Source: Candidatus Daviesbacteria bacterium (GTDB lineage Bacteria; Patescibacteriota; Microgenomatia; Daviesbacterales; UBA10151). From it: 64,000 nt of DNA. The DNA is taken from NCBI GenBank assembly GCA_016187025.1, contig JACPKM010000001.1, positions 107,188 to 171,187 of the forward strand, read 5' to 3'. Position 1 is the stretch's first letter. Each line of letters opens with the position of its first letter. A program made the position numbers and the translations under genes. The notes beneath the pieces were generated by a model. It made no database searches, was not told the origin of the DNA, and worked only from the letters and a program-made list of their open reading frames with translations. This document shows positions 38,151-47,631 of the stretch, piece after piece.

Positions 38151-38372
38151 TTGATAATAAATATGCATAATACCAAATTAAGCCCATTCCAAAATAAACA
38201 AATTAACAAAAACCATACAACCTTGGTGCGGATAGATGCCGAGTTGCATAGATTACTGAAAATAAAGGCAGTGGCAGAAAGAACCACTATCAGGACTCTT
38301 ATAGAAGGTGCTCTGGCAGATGTATTGGAAGTGAAATCTGATAAGAAACAGGGAGTTGAGAATAATGATTAA
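38151..38372 (+). CDS. RHH-like small DNA-binding protein (paralog of 24875..25018)
   Basis: See 24875. Confidence 0.5.
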   Translation: MIINMHNTKLSPFQNKQINKNHTTLVRIDAELHRLLKIKAVAERTTIRTLIEGALADVLEVKSDKKQGVENND

Positions 38373-39216
38373 AAATTTAGCAGTCCAATATGAAAATCCC
38401 AGTACTGATTACTTCAAGGTTAGGAATAGTTTTGCGGAGGCACTTGCGCGTATTAACACCTCTGAATATGAAACAAGGTTGTTGTGGGTGATAATACGCA
38501 AAACCTGGGGTTGGAATAAAGATGAAGACTATATTTCAGTAACTCAATTCGAGAAGGCAACAGGTATTAACAGAAGCAATGCACACCCTTCTCTACTCAA
38601 ACTTGAAGAAAAGAAAATTATCATAATTAATAGAACAGGTCATATTAATAAGTATAGGATCAATACCAATGTTAATGAGTGGGTGCACAAGGAAGGGAAA
38701 AATGTTATTCCCATAAATAATGTTATTCCAGCAGATAATATTATCCCTCCAACTAATACCCCGTTATTTGAGGACATAACAACTTCGTTATCTCAAGAGA
38801 CCATAACAAAAGAAACAGAAAAGACAATTAAACAAAACACAAGTAATATAAATAGCGACAGTATTAAAAATTCATTACCAGTGAAAACAGAACAACCTAA
38901 TAAACAGATCCCTCTTCAGAAACTGGTTTCTTATTATAAGCAGCTCTACAAAGGTAAATTTAACCATGAACCAGTCATTAGCAGTATGAGTTGGGGGAAA
39001 TGGGGAAAGTTGCTGAAAACAAAACTTGAACAAGGATATTCCTTAAAAGAAATTGCCATCCTGCTTCAAACTTTTGCTAAATCAAAAGAATCAGATCCAA
39101 AAAGACTAGGTTTTGACCTTGGCGCCTTCTTTTCCGATTATGTCTTCAATAAAATGCAAGCAATTAAAAGCAAGAGGGTTGATGTAGCCACGGAAGGAAA
39201 ATATGATAAATATTAA
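38356..39216 (+). CDS. replication initiation / phage-replisome-organiser-like protein
   Basis: N-terminal 'RLLWVIIRKTWGWNKDEDYISVTQFEKATGINRSNAHPSLLKLEEKKII' wHTH resembles Rep / replisome organiser N-domains. Confidence 0.5.
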   Translation: MRIMIKNLAVQYENPSTDYFKVRNSFAEALARINTSEYETRLLWVIIRKTWGWNKDEDYISVTQFEKATGINRSNAHPSLLKLEEKKIIIINRTGHINKYRINTNVNEWVHKEGKNVIPINNVIPADNIIPPTNTPLFEDITTSLSQETITKETEKTIKQNTSNINSDSIKNSLPVKTEQPNKQIPLQKLVSYYKQLYKGKFNHEPVISSMSWGKWGKLLKTKLEQGYSLKEIAILLQTFAKSKESDPKRLGFDLGAFFSDYVFNKMQAIKSKRVDVATEGKYDKY

Positions 39217-40069
39217 ATCTAACCTGCCTATTTGTAGTTTGTGTGGTAAACAGATTAATTCCCTTGGTTTTGAGGATAGAATTATTAGGAATCACCGAGA
39301 TAAACCAGATGAATTTGGATTGTGGAATTTAGATGCACAGCTTGATATTAAAGAATTTGAAAAAGATATTCACTTAAAGTGCCGCATTCGGTGTGCCAGA
39401 TATTATCGTGTTGAGTTGAAACGTAAATGGCTTTCAACAGAGCTGTTTGAGGTTACTAACGATAACAGAACCGCATATGAAGCCCTAGAAAAAATGAAGG
39501 GGATGAATTATGAAGAGATGAAATCTAACGGTATATACCTTTACGGGCAGCCTGGAACAGGTAAAACACATTTACTTACTGATCTTTGCCGCACCATCAC
39601 TGACCGACATACCAATCTGGCTAATATATCATGGGTAAACACTTCAGATATGCTTATAAATCTCCGTTCTAGCTTCGGCAAAAAATATGAATATAGGGAA
39701 GAAACTGAATCAGAAAAGATCCTAAAAAAATTAAAAGCCAGATTTTTATTTTTAGACGATCTGGGCACAGAAGCTGCCACAGAGTGGGCAAAGGAAATTC
39801 TCTATGGAGCTATAAATTATAGGTATGATGAACAGCTTCCACTCTTTGTAACCAGCAACTTATCTCCTAAAGAATTGGAAGACAAAATGGGGGATAAATT
39901 TACTTCGAGAATAGTTGGAATGTGTAAGCCTGTAAGGATAGCAGGAGAAGATCGGCGTTTAGATGCCAAGGAACAAAATCCTAATATAGCATTGCCCATA
40001 TTCTCATATCAAATGGCATATTGGAATCCAGAGGAAAACGTACCTGAAAATAAGGCAGGTAGAAATTAA
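39203..40069 (+). CDS. DnaC/IstB-like AAA+ ATPase (helicase-loader-like)
   Basis: Walker A 'GQPGTGKTHL', Walker B 'FLFLDDLGTE'. Confidence 0.7.
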   Translation: MINIKSNLPICSLCGKQINSLGFEDRIIRNHRDKPDEFGLWNLDAQLDIKEFEKDIHLKCRIRCARYYRVELKRKWLSTELFEVTNDNRTAYEALEKMKGMNYEEMKSNGIYLYGQPGTGKTHLLTDLCRTITDRHTNLANISWVNTSDMLINLRSSFGKKYEYREETESEKILKKLKARFLFLDDLGTEAATEWAKEILYGAINYRYDEQLPLFVTSNLSPKELEDKMGDKFTSRIVGMCKPVRIAGEDRRLDAKEQNPNIALPIFSYQMAYWNPEENVPENKAGRN

Positions 40070-40084
40070 AGAAAGGGGGTTTAA

Positions 40085-40240
40085 GTGTCTAAATATATTT
40101 TGCTAGTAAAGAAAAGCGGGCAAGTTATCAAATTAGCATCCAAGGATTTCCCCATACAAAGAAGAGGAGGGGTAGGCGTAAAAGCAGTTATCCTTGCTAA
40201 GGGTGATGCGGTAGTAGCGGCAGTTGCACTTGAAAGTTAA
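40085..40240 (+). CDS. small protein (51 aa) resembling a single GyrA C-terminal beta-propeller blade
   Basis: GTG start with strong RBS 'aaagggggt'; 'RRGGVGVKAVILAKGDAVVAAVAL' resembles the gyrase CTD repeat. Confidence 0.3.
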   Translation: MSKYILLVKKSGQVIKLASKDFPIQRRGGVGVKAVILAKGDAVVAAVALES

Positions 40241-40285
40241 TGTATCAATTTAAAAAATACAAAGTATGGAAGGAGGTGAGCTTAT

Positions 40286-40534
40286 TTGAAAATTTTAACT
40301 TTTAGCAGAATTTCTTCTCAAGATCAGGAGAAATTGGCTTTACAACAAAGTCATAAACAGGATGTTGAGGTGGAAAACGAAAATGGATGTACCTACCTGG
40401 TTTGTCATAAGTGTGATGGTTTTTGGGTGGTGGACACGCTCTCTAGATGGATCAGATACCCTAAAGGAGAGTTGAGAGAAAGAAAACGCTACCCAAAACC
40501 AAGATGTCCATTTTGTGATAAAGTCGGAGTTTAA
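40286..40534 (+). CDS. zinc-ribbon small protein
   Basis: CHKCDG...CPFCDK. Confidence 0.45.
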   Translation: MKILTFSRISSQDQEKLALQQSHKQDVEVENENGCTYLVCHKCDGFWVVDTLSRWIRYPKGELRERKRYPKPRCPFCDKVGV

Positions 40535-40657
40535 TATTTACTATGAGGTATATATAATAAATTAGCTAATAAAAATAGAGCCTCCAGGCCTGAATAACCA
40601 AGGGAAGCTCTATTACGCTTAGGTGAGTCGTTTTGAGGCGGACTACGCCCTATTTGT

Positions 40658-40825
40658 ATGAACACTATACCAAAAATAAATAAAAATATCCAAGAACAAG
40701 ATGCTGAATTGATGAATGACAAAAAATTCATCTTTATGGTTTGCAACAGATGTGGATGGGCTGGGATAGCAACCACTTTTTCAAAGAAATACCTTTCAAG
40801 ACCAAAATGTCCATCTTGTAAATAA
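40658..40825 (+). CDS. zinc-ribbon small protein (55 aa, paralog of 40286..40534)
   Basis: Not in the ORF track; CNRCGW...CPSCK. Confidence 0.4.
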   Translation: MNTIPKINKNIQEQDAELMNDKKFIFMVCNRCGWAGIATTFSKKYLSRPKCPSCK

Positions 40826-40833
40826 GAATAACA

Positions 40834-42372
40834 ATGACAACAACAAAAAAGGCAATAATTTATACGAGAGTTTCGGACCCAGGCCAGGTCAGCGGTCTAT
40901 CTTTAGATGTCCAAAGGGAGAAGTGTTCTAAATGGGCAAAAGATCACGGCTTTCAGGTAGTAGGCATATATGAGGACGGTGGCAAAACAGGAACAAAAAC
41001 TGTCGGTCGAGATGGCCTTGAAGATGTCATTATTCACTGTCAGAGAGAAAAAATAGACGTAGTACTGGTGATTGATACAGACCGAATTGCGAGAAACGAA
41101 TTTGATCACTTTTCAATCCGAAATGAGTTGAAAAAACAGGGCACATTACTTATTGCCATAAATCAACCGCTAATTGATGGTTCGGCAGAGGGGTTGTTGA
41201 TGGATGGAATGCTGGCTTCAATAAATGCTTTTTATAGCAGGTTAACTGGACGTAAAGTAAGAAAGAGTTTGGAGAAAAAATGGGAGGATGGTATTTATCC
41301 TTCATGGGCCCCCCTAGGTTATATCAATGTTAATAAAGGCACTGAAGAGAAACCTCACCGCGTAATTGAGATTGATCCTAAAACTGGACCGCTTATTAAA
41401 ATGCTTTTTAAAATGTATGCAACAGGCAGTCATTCGTACCTTTCCCTTTCCCGAATAATGTTTAAAAAAGGATTAACTGCAAGAAATGGGAAAGTGCTTT
41501 CCGACAGCAGCTTGCAACAGATATTGTCTTGCACCTTTTATTACGGGTGGATGAAATGGGGCGGTATGGAAAAATGGGGTATCCATAAACCATTAATCAA
41601 TAAGACATTATTTGATCAATGCCAGTTTACAGCAGCAAAGCACCGGCAATTTCTTGTCCGCCAGAGGAAGCATGATTTCCTTTTAAGAGGAGTTGTCTTG
41701 TGCTCAAAGCATGATTCAAGGTTTACGGCAGAATGGCATTATTATCACCACGATCATTACAAAAAACAAAAAATCGGCTATTACCATTGCCACTTTCAGG
41801 GAGGCTGCTCTGGTTCTTATATCGAGGTAAATGAGCTTGAAAAGAGAGTTGCTAATCTTTTCAAAAACTATCAATTTGACCAGGAGTTTATTGATCTGGT
41901 AAGACAAAAGGTTAGAGATTATTTAAATGATGGAAGAAAGACCCTTGAGTCTCAAAGACAGGCAATTATTAACAGACGGAAGGTAGTGGAAGATAAAAGG
42001 AACAATTTAGAAGATTTGCTGGTAGCAGGAACAGTTGAAAGGGAGACTTATCAAAGACAGCATATCAAGCTCCATGGGGGAATAGAAGTTTTAGACAATG
42101 AATTGGCAGAGTTAGAACATCAGCGGAGTATTGATGTAACGCTGATAGATGAAATTTTGGCGCTAAGCAGAGATATTTATAAGACTTACTCAACCGCCCC
42201 CACTTTCCTCAAAAGACATTACCTAAGATTCTTCTTTGAGGCTGTCTATGTTGATGAAAAAAGAATCACTAAGGTGGTTGAAACACCGCTGTTTGCAACC
42301 TTGCGCAGGCAACACCACATTATAATAAGGACCAACTGGCTCCCCCGGGAGGATTCGAACCTCCAACCTTGA
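40834..42372 (+). CDS. large serine recombinase (paralog of 25276..26787)
   Basis: 'IIYTRVSDPGQ' Ser context, 'VIDTDRIARN', zinc ribbon; the 3' end overlaps the tRNA-Asn 3' exon by ~36 nt. Confidence 0.85.
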   Translation: MTTTKKAIIYTRVSDPGQVSGLSLDVQREKCSKWAKDHGFQVVGIYEDGGKTGTKTVGRDGLEDVIIHCQREKIDVVLVIDTDRIARNEFDHFSIRNELKKQGTLLIAINQPLIDGSAEGLLMDGMLASINAFYSRLTGRKVRKSLEKKWEDGIYPSWAPLGYINVNKGTEEKPHRVIEIDPKTGPLIKMLFKMYATGSHSYLSLSRIMFKKGLTARNGKVLSDSSLQQILSCTFYYGWMKWGGMEKWGIHKPLINKTLFDQCQFTAAKHRQFLVRQRKHDFLLRGVVLCSKHDSRFTAEWHYYHHDHYKKQKIGYYHCHFQGGCSGSYIEVNELEKRVANLFKNYQFDQEFIDLVRQKVRDYLNDGRKTLESQRQAIINRRKVVEDKRNNLEDLLVAGTVERETYQRQHIKLHGGIEVLDNELAELEHQRSIDVTLIDEILALSRDIYKTYSTAPTFLKRHYLRFFFEAVYVDEKRITKVVETPLFATLRRQHHIIIRTNWLPREDSNLQP

Positions 42373-42623
42373 TCTTACAAGTACCCCCGGTTTTCATCGG
42401 GGCTTGGACTATCTCTTAGTCATAATCTATAAATAGATCCCAGACTCCAGGTATATAGTCTCTACACATTTACCACATTCAGTTTGCATGAACGTGGACT
42501 TAGCTCGAGATTACCCTTCAACAAGCTCAGGGCTTCCCCGAATTAGCCTGGTTACATTTCAAAGTTTCCCTTGAAAGCTGCATTATTTTACAGGATCCCG
42601 CTCTACCATTGAGCTACAGGGGA
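42337..42623 (-). tRNA. tRNA-Asn(GUU) interrupted by a ~212-nt group I intron (42378..42589) in the anticodon loop
   Basis: 5' exon TCCCCTG-TA-GCTCAATGGTAGAGC-G-GGATC-CTGT matches E. coli tRNA-Asn stem and loop. 3' exon TAA-GATCA-AGGTT-GGAGGTTCGAATCCTCC-CGGGGGA-G-CCA. Intron shows P1 (exon CUGU / IGS GCAG with U.G at the splice site), terminal G, and R/S elements 'GAGACTATA' and 'AAGAGATAGTCC' that form P7. Confidence 0.75.
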
Positions 42624-42736
42624 ATGTTAATGTACGCTTGGTATTTTACCACCCACCAAAGCTGAAATCCAGCTATATTCCCAATTGGGAATATTAGGGA
42701 TATTCGGGAAATTAGGGAAGTGGGGAAAGTAAGTAT

Positions 42737-43825
42737 TTATTCAAGATAATCGCGCAGTTTTTTGGCTCGGGTGGGGTGTTTGAGCTTTCTGATAGCTTTT
42801 GCCTCAATTTGACGGATACGCTCTCTGGTTACCCCAAACTCTTTCCCTACTTCCTCAAGTGTTCTTTGCTTGCCATCCTCCAATCCAAACCTGAGCTGCA
42901 AAACCCTTTTTTCTCTTGGTGACAGCGAATCTAGCACTTCATCCAAATGACCTTTTAAAAGCTCTCTGGTGGCTGCTTCATCTGGTTGCAAACCTTGATC
43001 TGCTATAAAATCACCCAGATGAGAATCCTCTTCATCCCCAACCGGAGTCTCTAAAGATGTAGGTTCTTGGGAAACTTTTACTATTTCTCTTGCTTTTGAA
43101 GGGTCTATACCTAACACTGAGGCTACCTCCTCGGGAGTAGGTTCTCTTCCCAGCTCTTGCATTAACTGTCTTTGAGTTCTATTAAACCTGTTTATAGTCT
43201 CAACCATATGCACCGGAATACGGATAGTTCTTGCTTGATCAGCAATAGCCCTGGTTATTGCCTGTCTAATCCACCAGGTAGCATAGGTTGAAAACTTATA
43301 ACCTCTACGCCAATCGTACTTATCAACTGCCCTCATCAAACCGATATTTCCTTCCTCTATTAAATCAAGCAGAGACATCCCCCTACCTACATATTTTTTG
43401 GCAATAGATACAACCAATCTTAAATTTGCACTGATAAGCTTATCCCTGGCTCTTTTTTCATTTTTTTCTGCCCTTTTTGCAAGGTCTATTTCTTGTACAG
43501 CTGTTAAAAGAGGAATCTTTCCAATATCCCTTAAATATTGCCTAACAGGATCTGTTACTGAACCTTCTTCTAAAGTTGTAAGCATTTCTAGCTCTTTTTC
43601 TAACTCTGTAGTAGTTTTACCTTCTGTTTCCAGCTCTTCTGCAGTAGTTTCAAATACATCAATACCTTCATCGATTAGGCCAGTAAAAAACTGGTCAAGC
43701 CCTTCAATGTTATCTTCCGGCTTGGGAAAAACCTGCAGGATTTCTTCTTGGGTAACAAATCCTCTTTCCCGCCCAAGCTTCATTATTTTTTTTACATCTA
43801 AGTTTGTTTGCTTCTTTGCTGCCAT
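42737..43825 (-). CDS. rpoD: RNA polymerase sigma factor RpoD (short, no region 1.1)
   Basis: Regions 2-4 conserved ('[54 protein letters not shown]'). Confidence 0.9.
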   Translation of the reverse strand: MAAKKQTNLDVKKIMKLGRERGFVTQEEILQVFPKPEDNIEGLDQFFTGLIDEGIDVFETTAEELETEGKTTTELEKELEMLTTLEEGSVTDPVRQYLRDIGKIPLLTAVQEIDLAKRAEKNEKRARDKLISANLRLVVSIAKKYVGRGMSLLDLIEEGNIGLMRAVDKYDWRRGYKFSTYATWWIRQAITRAIADQARTIRIPVHMVETINRFNRTQRQLMQELGREPTPEEVASVLGIDPSKAREIVKVSQEPTSLETPVGDEEDSHLGDFIADQGLQPDEAATRELLKGHLDEVLDSLSPREKRVLQLRFGLEDGKQRTLEEVGKEFGVTRERIRQIEAKAIRKLKHPTRAKKLRDYLE

Positions 43826-43863
43826 ATTAGTTTTTTAAAGACCTCTAAGTTTCATGATTATAC

Positions 43864-45651
43864 CTAAAGGTTTTTTAGTTTTACAGATAGGTCTCTAAAC
43901 CTCCTGTTGAGCTTTTCCAAGCTTTCTATTTTACCAAATTCCTGCGCATTTTTAATCTCTAGTGTTAATCTCTCCAAAGATGCTCTGATTAATGACTTTT
44001 TAAGCTCAGTTATTACTGTCTCAAATTCTTTCTGCCAATCTTTTTTATCTGCAAGCTTACTATCCAATTCAGTTAAATAAAGCCTATCTACCTCCTGGGC
44101 CAGATCTTTTGGCAAGGTTGAGACAAATTCGTTGATGTTAAAAGAGGCCATTTTGAAAAAGATAGAATCAAGATAGAGCACAAGCATTACATAAATCTGC
44201 TTCCATCTCTCTTCTAAAAATAGAGTTTCAGGGAAACTCGGGACAAAATTATGATCTTCCGGAATATGTAGAAGCAAGGCGATCAGATACTCCTCAAGCA
44301 TCTCTCTTCTGGTTTTACCACTTTTTATTCCATCGTCCTTTTTACCAGCTGAGGCAGAAATTTTTATAAAAGAGATTTTACCATCAAATTTTCGCTGCTT
44401 GTTTACAAGTTGTCTTAAAAGTTTTTCTTCTATCTTCAAAAAAGCAGCTAGTTTTTGGATATAGTGTTCTCTGACAAAATCATCTGTAATTTTTGCCCAT
44501 ACTGGTATAAGCTCTTGAGCGACTTTTTTAAAATCTGAGGGGTTTTTAAGATTAAATCTTTTTGCAGTTGAGTGCAGATAATAATCATAAATAGGGGCTG
44601 CATCCTGGACAGCTTTTTTCCAAGCATCAGAGTTGTTTCTGTTTAACTCTGCTGCATCTTTTTCATCAGCAATTGTAGTTACTTTAATGTCCAGTCCTAG
44701 TCTGTCTGCTATCTCTATTCCTCTTCTTGCTGCTGAGTCTCCGGCCAAATCCATATCAAAGCATAAATTTATAGTCTCGGTGTATTTTTTTAGCAGCTCT
44801 AGCTGTCCTTCAGTTAAAGCAGTACCTTTGGTAGCAACAATATTTTGTACTCCTTCTTGATAAGACATGATCATATCCATCTCCCCTTCTACCAAAATTG
44901 CTTCCTTTTTATTTCTTATCTCATTTTTTGATAAGTTAATTCCAAACAGGTAACTACTTTTATCAAATATTGGAGTCTGAGGAGTATTGATGTATTTTGG
45001 CTCTTGTGGATATAGTACCCTTCCTGAAAAACCAATTAACCTATCTTTTTGATCAATCAGAGGAAAAGTTATCCTGGCCCTAAACCTGTCATAGCAGAAA
45101 TCCTTTGAGGCTACCCCTAAACCAGAGTTTATTATTTCAGAAATACTAAACCCCCGCTTGAGTAAAAATTTAGTTAACGTATCCCAGGAGTTAGGAGCAT
45201 AGCCAATGCCAAATTTTTCTATTGACTCTTTTTTCAAACCCCGCTTTTTTAAATAATCCAGGGCATTTTTGCCCAAAGGGTGTTTGTTTAGAATATAACC
45301 AAATAATTCTTGAGCTTTTAGATTAGCTTCAAAAAGCCGGTCTCTGAAATCTTTTTTCCCGGTCTTTTTTCTTTTTAAGCTAACTCCAGCTTTTTTGGCC
45401 AGTATTTCCAGGGCATCTTTAAATTCCAAGCCCTCTTTTTCCATTAAAAACTTAAAAATATCCCCACCTTTTTGGCACCCCCCAAAACAATGCCAGATTT
45501 GTCTTTCTGGAGAGACCATAAAAGAAGGGGTTTTTTCTGTATGGAAAGGACAATTAGCTTTGAAATTTACTCCGGATTTTTTTAAGGGAAGATACTCTTG
45601 AATTAAATCTACAATATTTAACTTTTGCTTGATCAGTTCTATTTCGTCCAT
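43864..45651 (-). CDS. dnaG: DNA primase DnaG
   Basis: Zinc-binding '[30 protein letters not shown]'; Toprim region 'EGEMD'. Confidence 0.9.
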   Translation of the reverse strand: [595 protein letters not shown]

Positions 45652-45745
45652 ATTAGTAACAATTCATCAAGTCGTCCGTGACGCATCAGACAGCACATCA
45701 CATAACCACCAGAGATTATCGCGCAGATTATATACCAAAAAGGGT

Positions 45746-46012
45746 TTACTTAGCAATTCCTTCGAAAATGAATTGCTTAATTAGAGACTGATACGGCACA
45801 TCCATTTTATGGGCTTTAATTTTAACCCTGTCAATTAAACCGGCCGGTAAACGGATAGTTATTGGTTTCGTAGTAAGCTTCAGATTAGGAAAACTAACAC
45901 CTCTTTTAGCTTTTGACCAGTCTATATATTCAGTCGAATCGTGAGTTTGCCAAAATTCCCTTTCCTCAGCTTCAGATTTAAAACCTGGGATTGGTTTAAG
46001 CTTTTTGTTCAT
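45746..46012 (-). CDS. brnA: BrnA-family antitoxin
   Basis: Overlaps the brnT stop; C-terminal 'ITIRLPAGLIDRVKIKAHKMDVPYQSLIKQFI' RHH-like. Confidence 0.6.
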   Translation of the reverse strand: MNKKLKPIPGFKSEAEEREFWQTHDSTEYIDWSKAKRGVSFPNLKLTTKPITIRLPAGLIDRVKIKAHKMDVPYQSLIKQFIFEGIAK

Positions 46013-46328
46013 ATTGCCTCCTTTCTTTTTTGTTGGTTTTTCTTACAGAAATAACTCTAATCTTATGTTTTCTTATAGTAAAGACTGCTAATAGTACGCA
46101 GCCCTTGGTCGTCTTGCCTAAACTTATGTATCGTACCTCCTGCTTTGAATGTTTGATATCTTCCTGTAATAATTTATCCTGGTCTAAAAATACCTCCTCA
46201 GCCTCATTCGGGGTAATACCGTGCTTTTGATAACTTTTATCAAAATTGCCTTTGTCCCACTCAAAACCAGTAATTTTACTTAGGTCTAACACTGTACATA
46301 TATTACATGTACAAATAATTTTTGTCAA
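45996..46328 (-). CDS. brnT: BrnT-family toxin (DUF497)
   Basis: 'ITGFEWDKGNFDKSYQKHGITPNEAEEVF'. Confidence 0.65.
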   Translation of the reverse strand: MTKIICTCNICTVLDLSKITGFEWDKGNFDKSYQKHGITPNEAEEVFLDQDKLLQEDIKHSKQEVRYISLGKTTKGCVLLAVFTIRKHKIRVISVRKTNKKERRQYEQKA

Positions 46329-46367
46329 TGTAGACTAGAATCAAAAATTAGGTATAATATGACAACT

Positions 46368-46452
46368 GGAGAGGTCGCATAGTGGCCTAGTGCGCGGGCT
46401 TGGAAAGCTCGTATACCGCAAGGTATCGTGGGTTCAAATCCCACCCTCTCCG
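46368..46452 (+). tRNA. tRNA-Ser(GGA), type II with long variable arm
   Basis: GGAGAGG-TC-GCA-TAGTGGCCTAG-TGC-G-CGGGC-TTGGAAA-GCTCG-var-GTGGG-TTCAAAT-CCCAC-CCTCTCC-G; TATAAT-like box at 46353. Confidence 0.85.
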
Positions 46453-46651
46453 CAGTTAGGAAATGAGAGTCCCGGCTCGCCCGCTACGCGGGCCCGCCAG
46501 CCGTTCTTCGAGGAAATTTCAAGCCGTTTTGAATAAAGTCAAGGCCAAAAGCGGGCTTCCCTCATAATTGGACTGTTTTCATTTTATTTGTTATCATATT
46601 TATGAAGGGTTAGATAAGCTCCCATACTAATACTATCCTACTTAGGAAACT

Positions 46652-46867
46652 ATGAAAAGTCAAAATAATAATGAAACCATTGGGGATAAGATAAAACAGC
46701 TTAGAAATAAGCAGGGTTTGACGCAAGACGAATTGGCGAGAAAATCCGATCTTCCCTATACAACGCTGACTAAAATTGAAACGAATGTCATCACAAAGCC
46801 TTCTATCCAAACAGTTATGAAGATTGCCAAAGGATTGGGGATTAGTGTTGATGAGTTAATGAAATAA
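46652..46867 (+). CDS. XRE-family HTH regulator
   Basis: 'LTQDELARKSDLPYTTLTKIE'. Confidence 0.7.
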   Translation: MKSQNNNETIGDKIKQLRNKQGLTQDELARKSDLPYTTLTKIETNVITKPSIQTVMKIAKGLGISVDELMK

Positions 46868-46871
46868 AAAT

Positions 46872-47426
46872 ATGCATAATAAACCATTAAAGGCACTATT
46901 CGTTTTTAACGGGATTTTTGTTTTTGCGGGTAGTTTATTGGGCCCTCTTTATGCATTATACATCGGAACATTCGATAAGAACGTTCTGTCCGTTAGTATA
47001 ACATGGGCTGCTTTTTTAGTTGCGACCTTTGTTTTTACTCTGATAATCTCAAAAGTTGGCGATAAAATAAAAGAAAAAGAATACCTGTTAATGGCTGGAT
47101 TTCTTGTAAGAGCAATTGCTTGGTTTATGTTTATTTTTGCGGGCAATGTTTTCCATTTTATTTTCCTACAAATACTATTAGGGCTGGGTGAAGCTTTGGG
47201 AACTCCTACATTTGCTGCAATATTTGCCGAACATTTAGATGGAGGTAAACACATCGAAGAATATGCGGACTGGAAGTTGATATTAAATGGGACAACAGCA
47301 GTTGGGACTATACTGGGCGGATTAGTTGTTACCACTTTAGGATTCAGTTGGTTATTTGCGATGATGGGTATGTTAGCGGTAGTGTCTTTTTTTGGTGTTT
47401 TGATACAACCAAGAAAATTGTTATAG
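46872..47426 (+). CDS. membrane protein (6 TM; MFS-half-like)
   Basis: Hydrophobic 184-aa ORF; family not recognised. Confidence 0.5.
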   Translation: MHNKPLKALFVFNGIFVFAGSLLGPLYALYIGTFDKNVLSVSITWAAFLVATFVFTLIISKVGDKIKEKEYLLMAGFLVRAIAWFMFIFAGNVFHFIFLQILLGLGEALGTPTFAAIFAEHLDGGKHIEEYADWKLILNGTTAVGTILGGLVVTTLGFSWLFAMMGMLAVVSFFGVLIQPRKLL

Positions 47427-47631
47427 TTATTAAGAATTTGCCGTCAAAGAAAAACTTGTGGTTCGACAGGCCCAGAGAGTTCCGTTCGGATATTTTCAAA
47501 CAGACACCACAGGAATTAATACAGTCCTAAATATGAACAACGTTTATTTTAGACAAGCTTCTGCTTTTTTAAAATTATCAAGGTACTATACTATAATAAC
47601 TTTGTTATACTAGTCTAGTACCGCTTGATTT

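Noticed and set aside
42337-42623. Interpretation of the two tRNA halves as attL/attR-type partial duplication created by element integration
   Set aside because: A partial att duplicate would contain only the 3' portion. Here the 5' half is not followed by its own 3' half. The two halves pair perfectly with each other. The spacer carries group I P1/P7 signatures and a terminal G. An intron explains it better. Integration of the recombinase element next to the gene is still possible.
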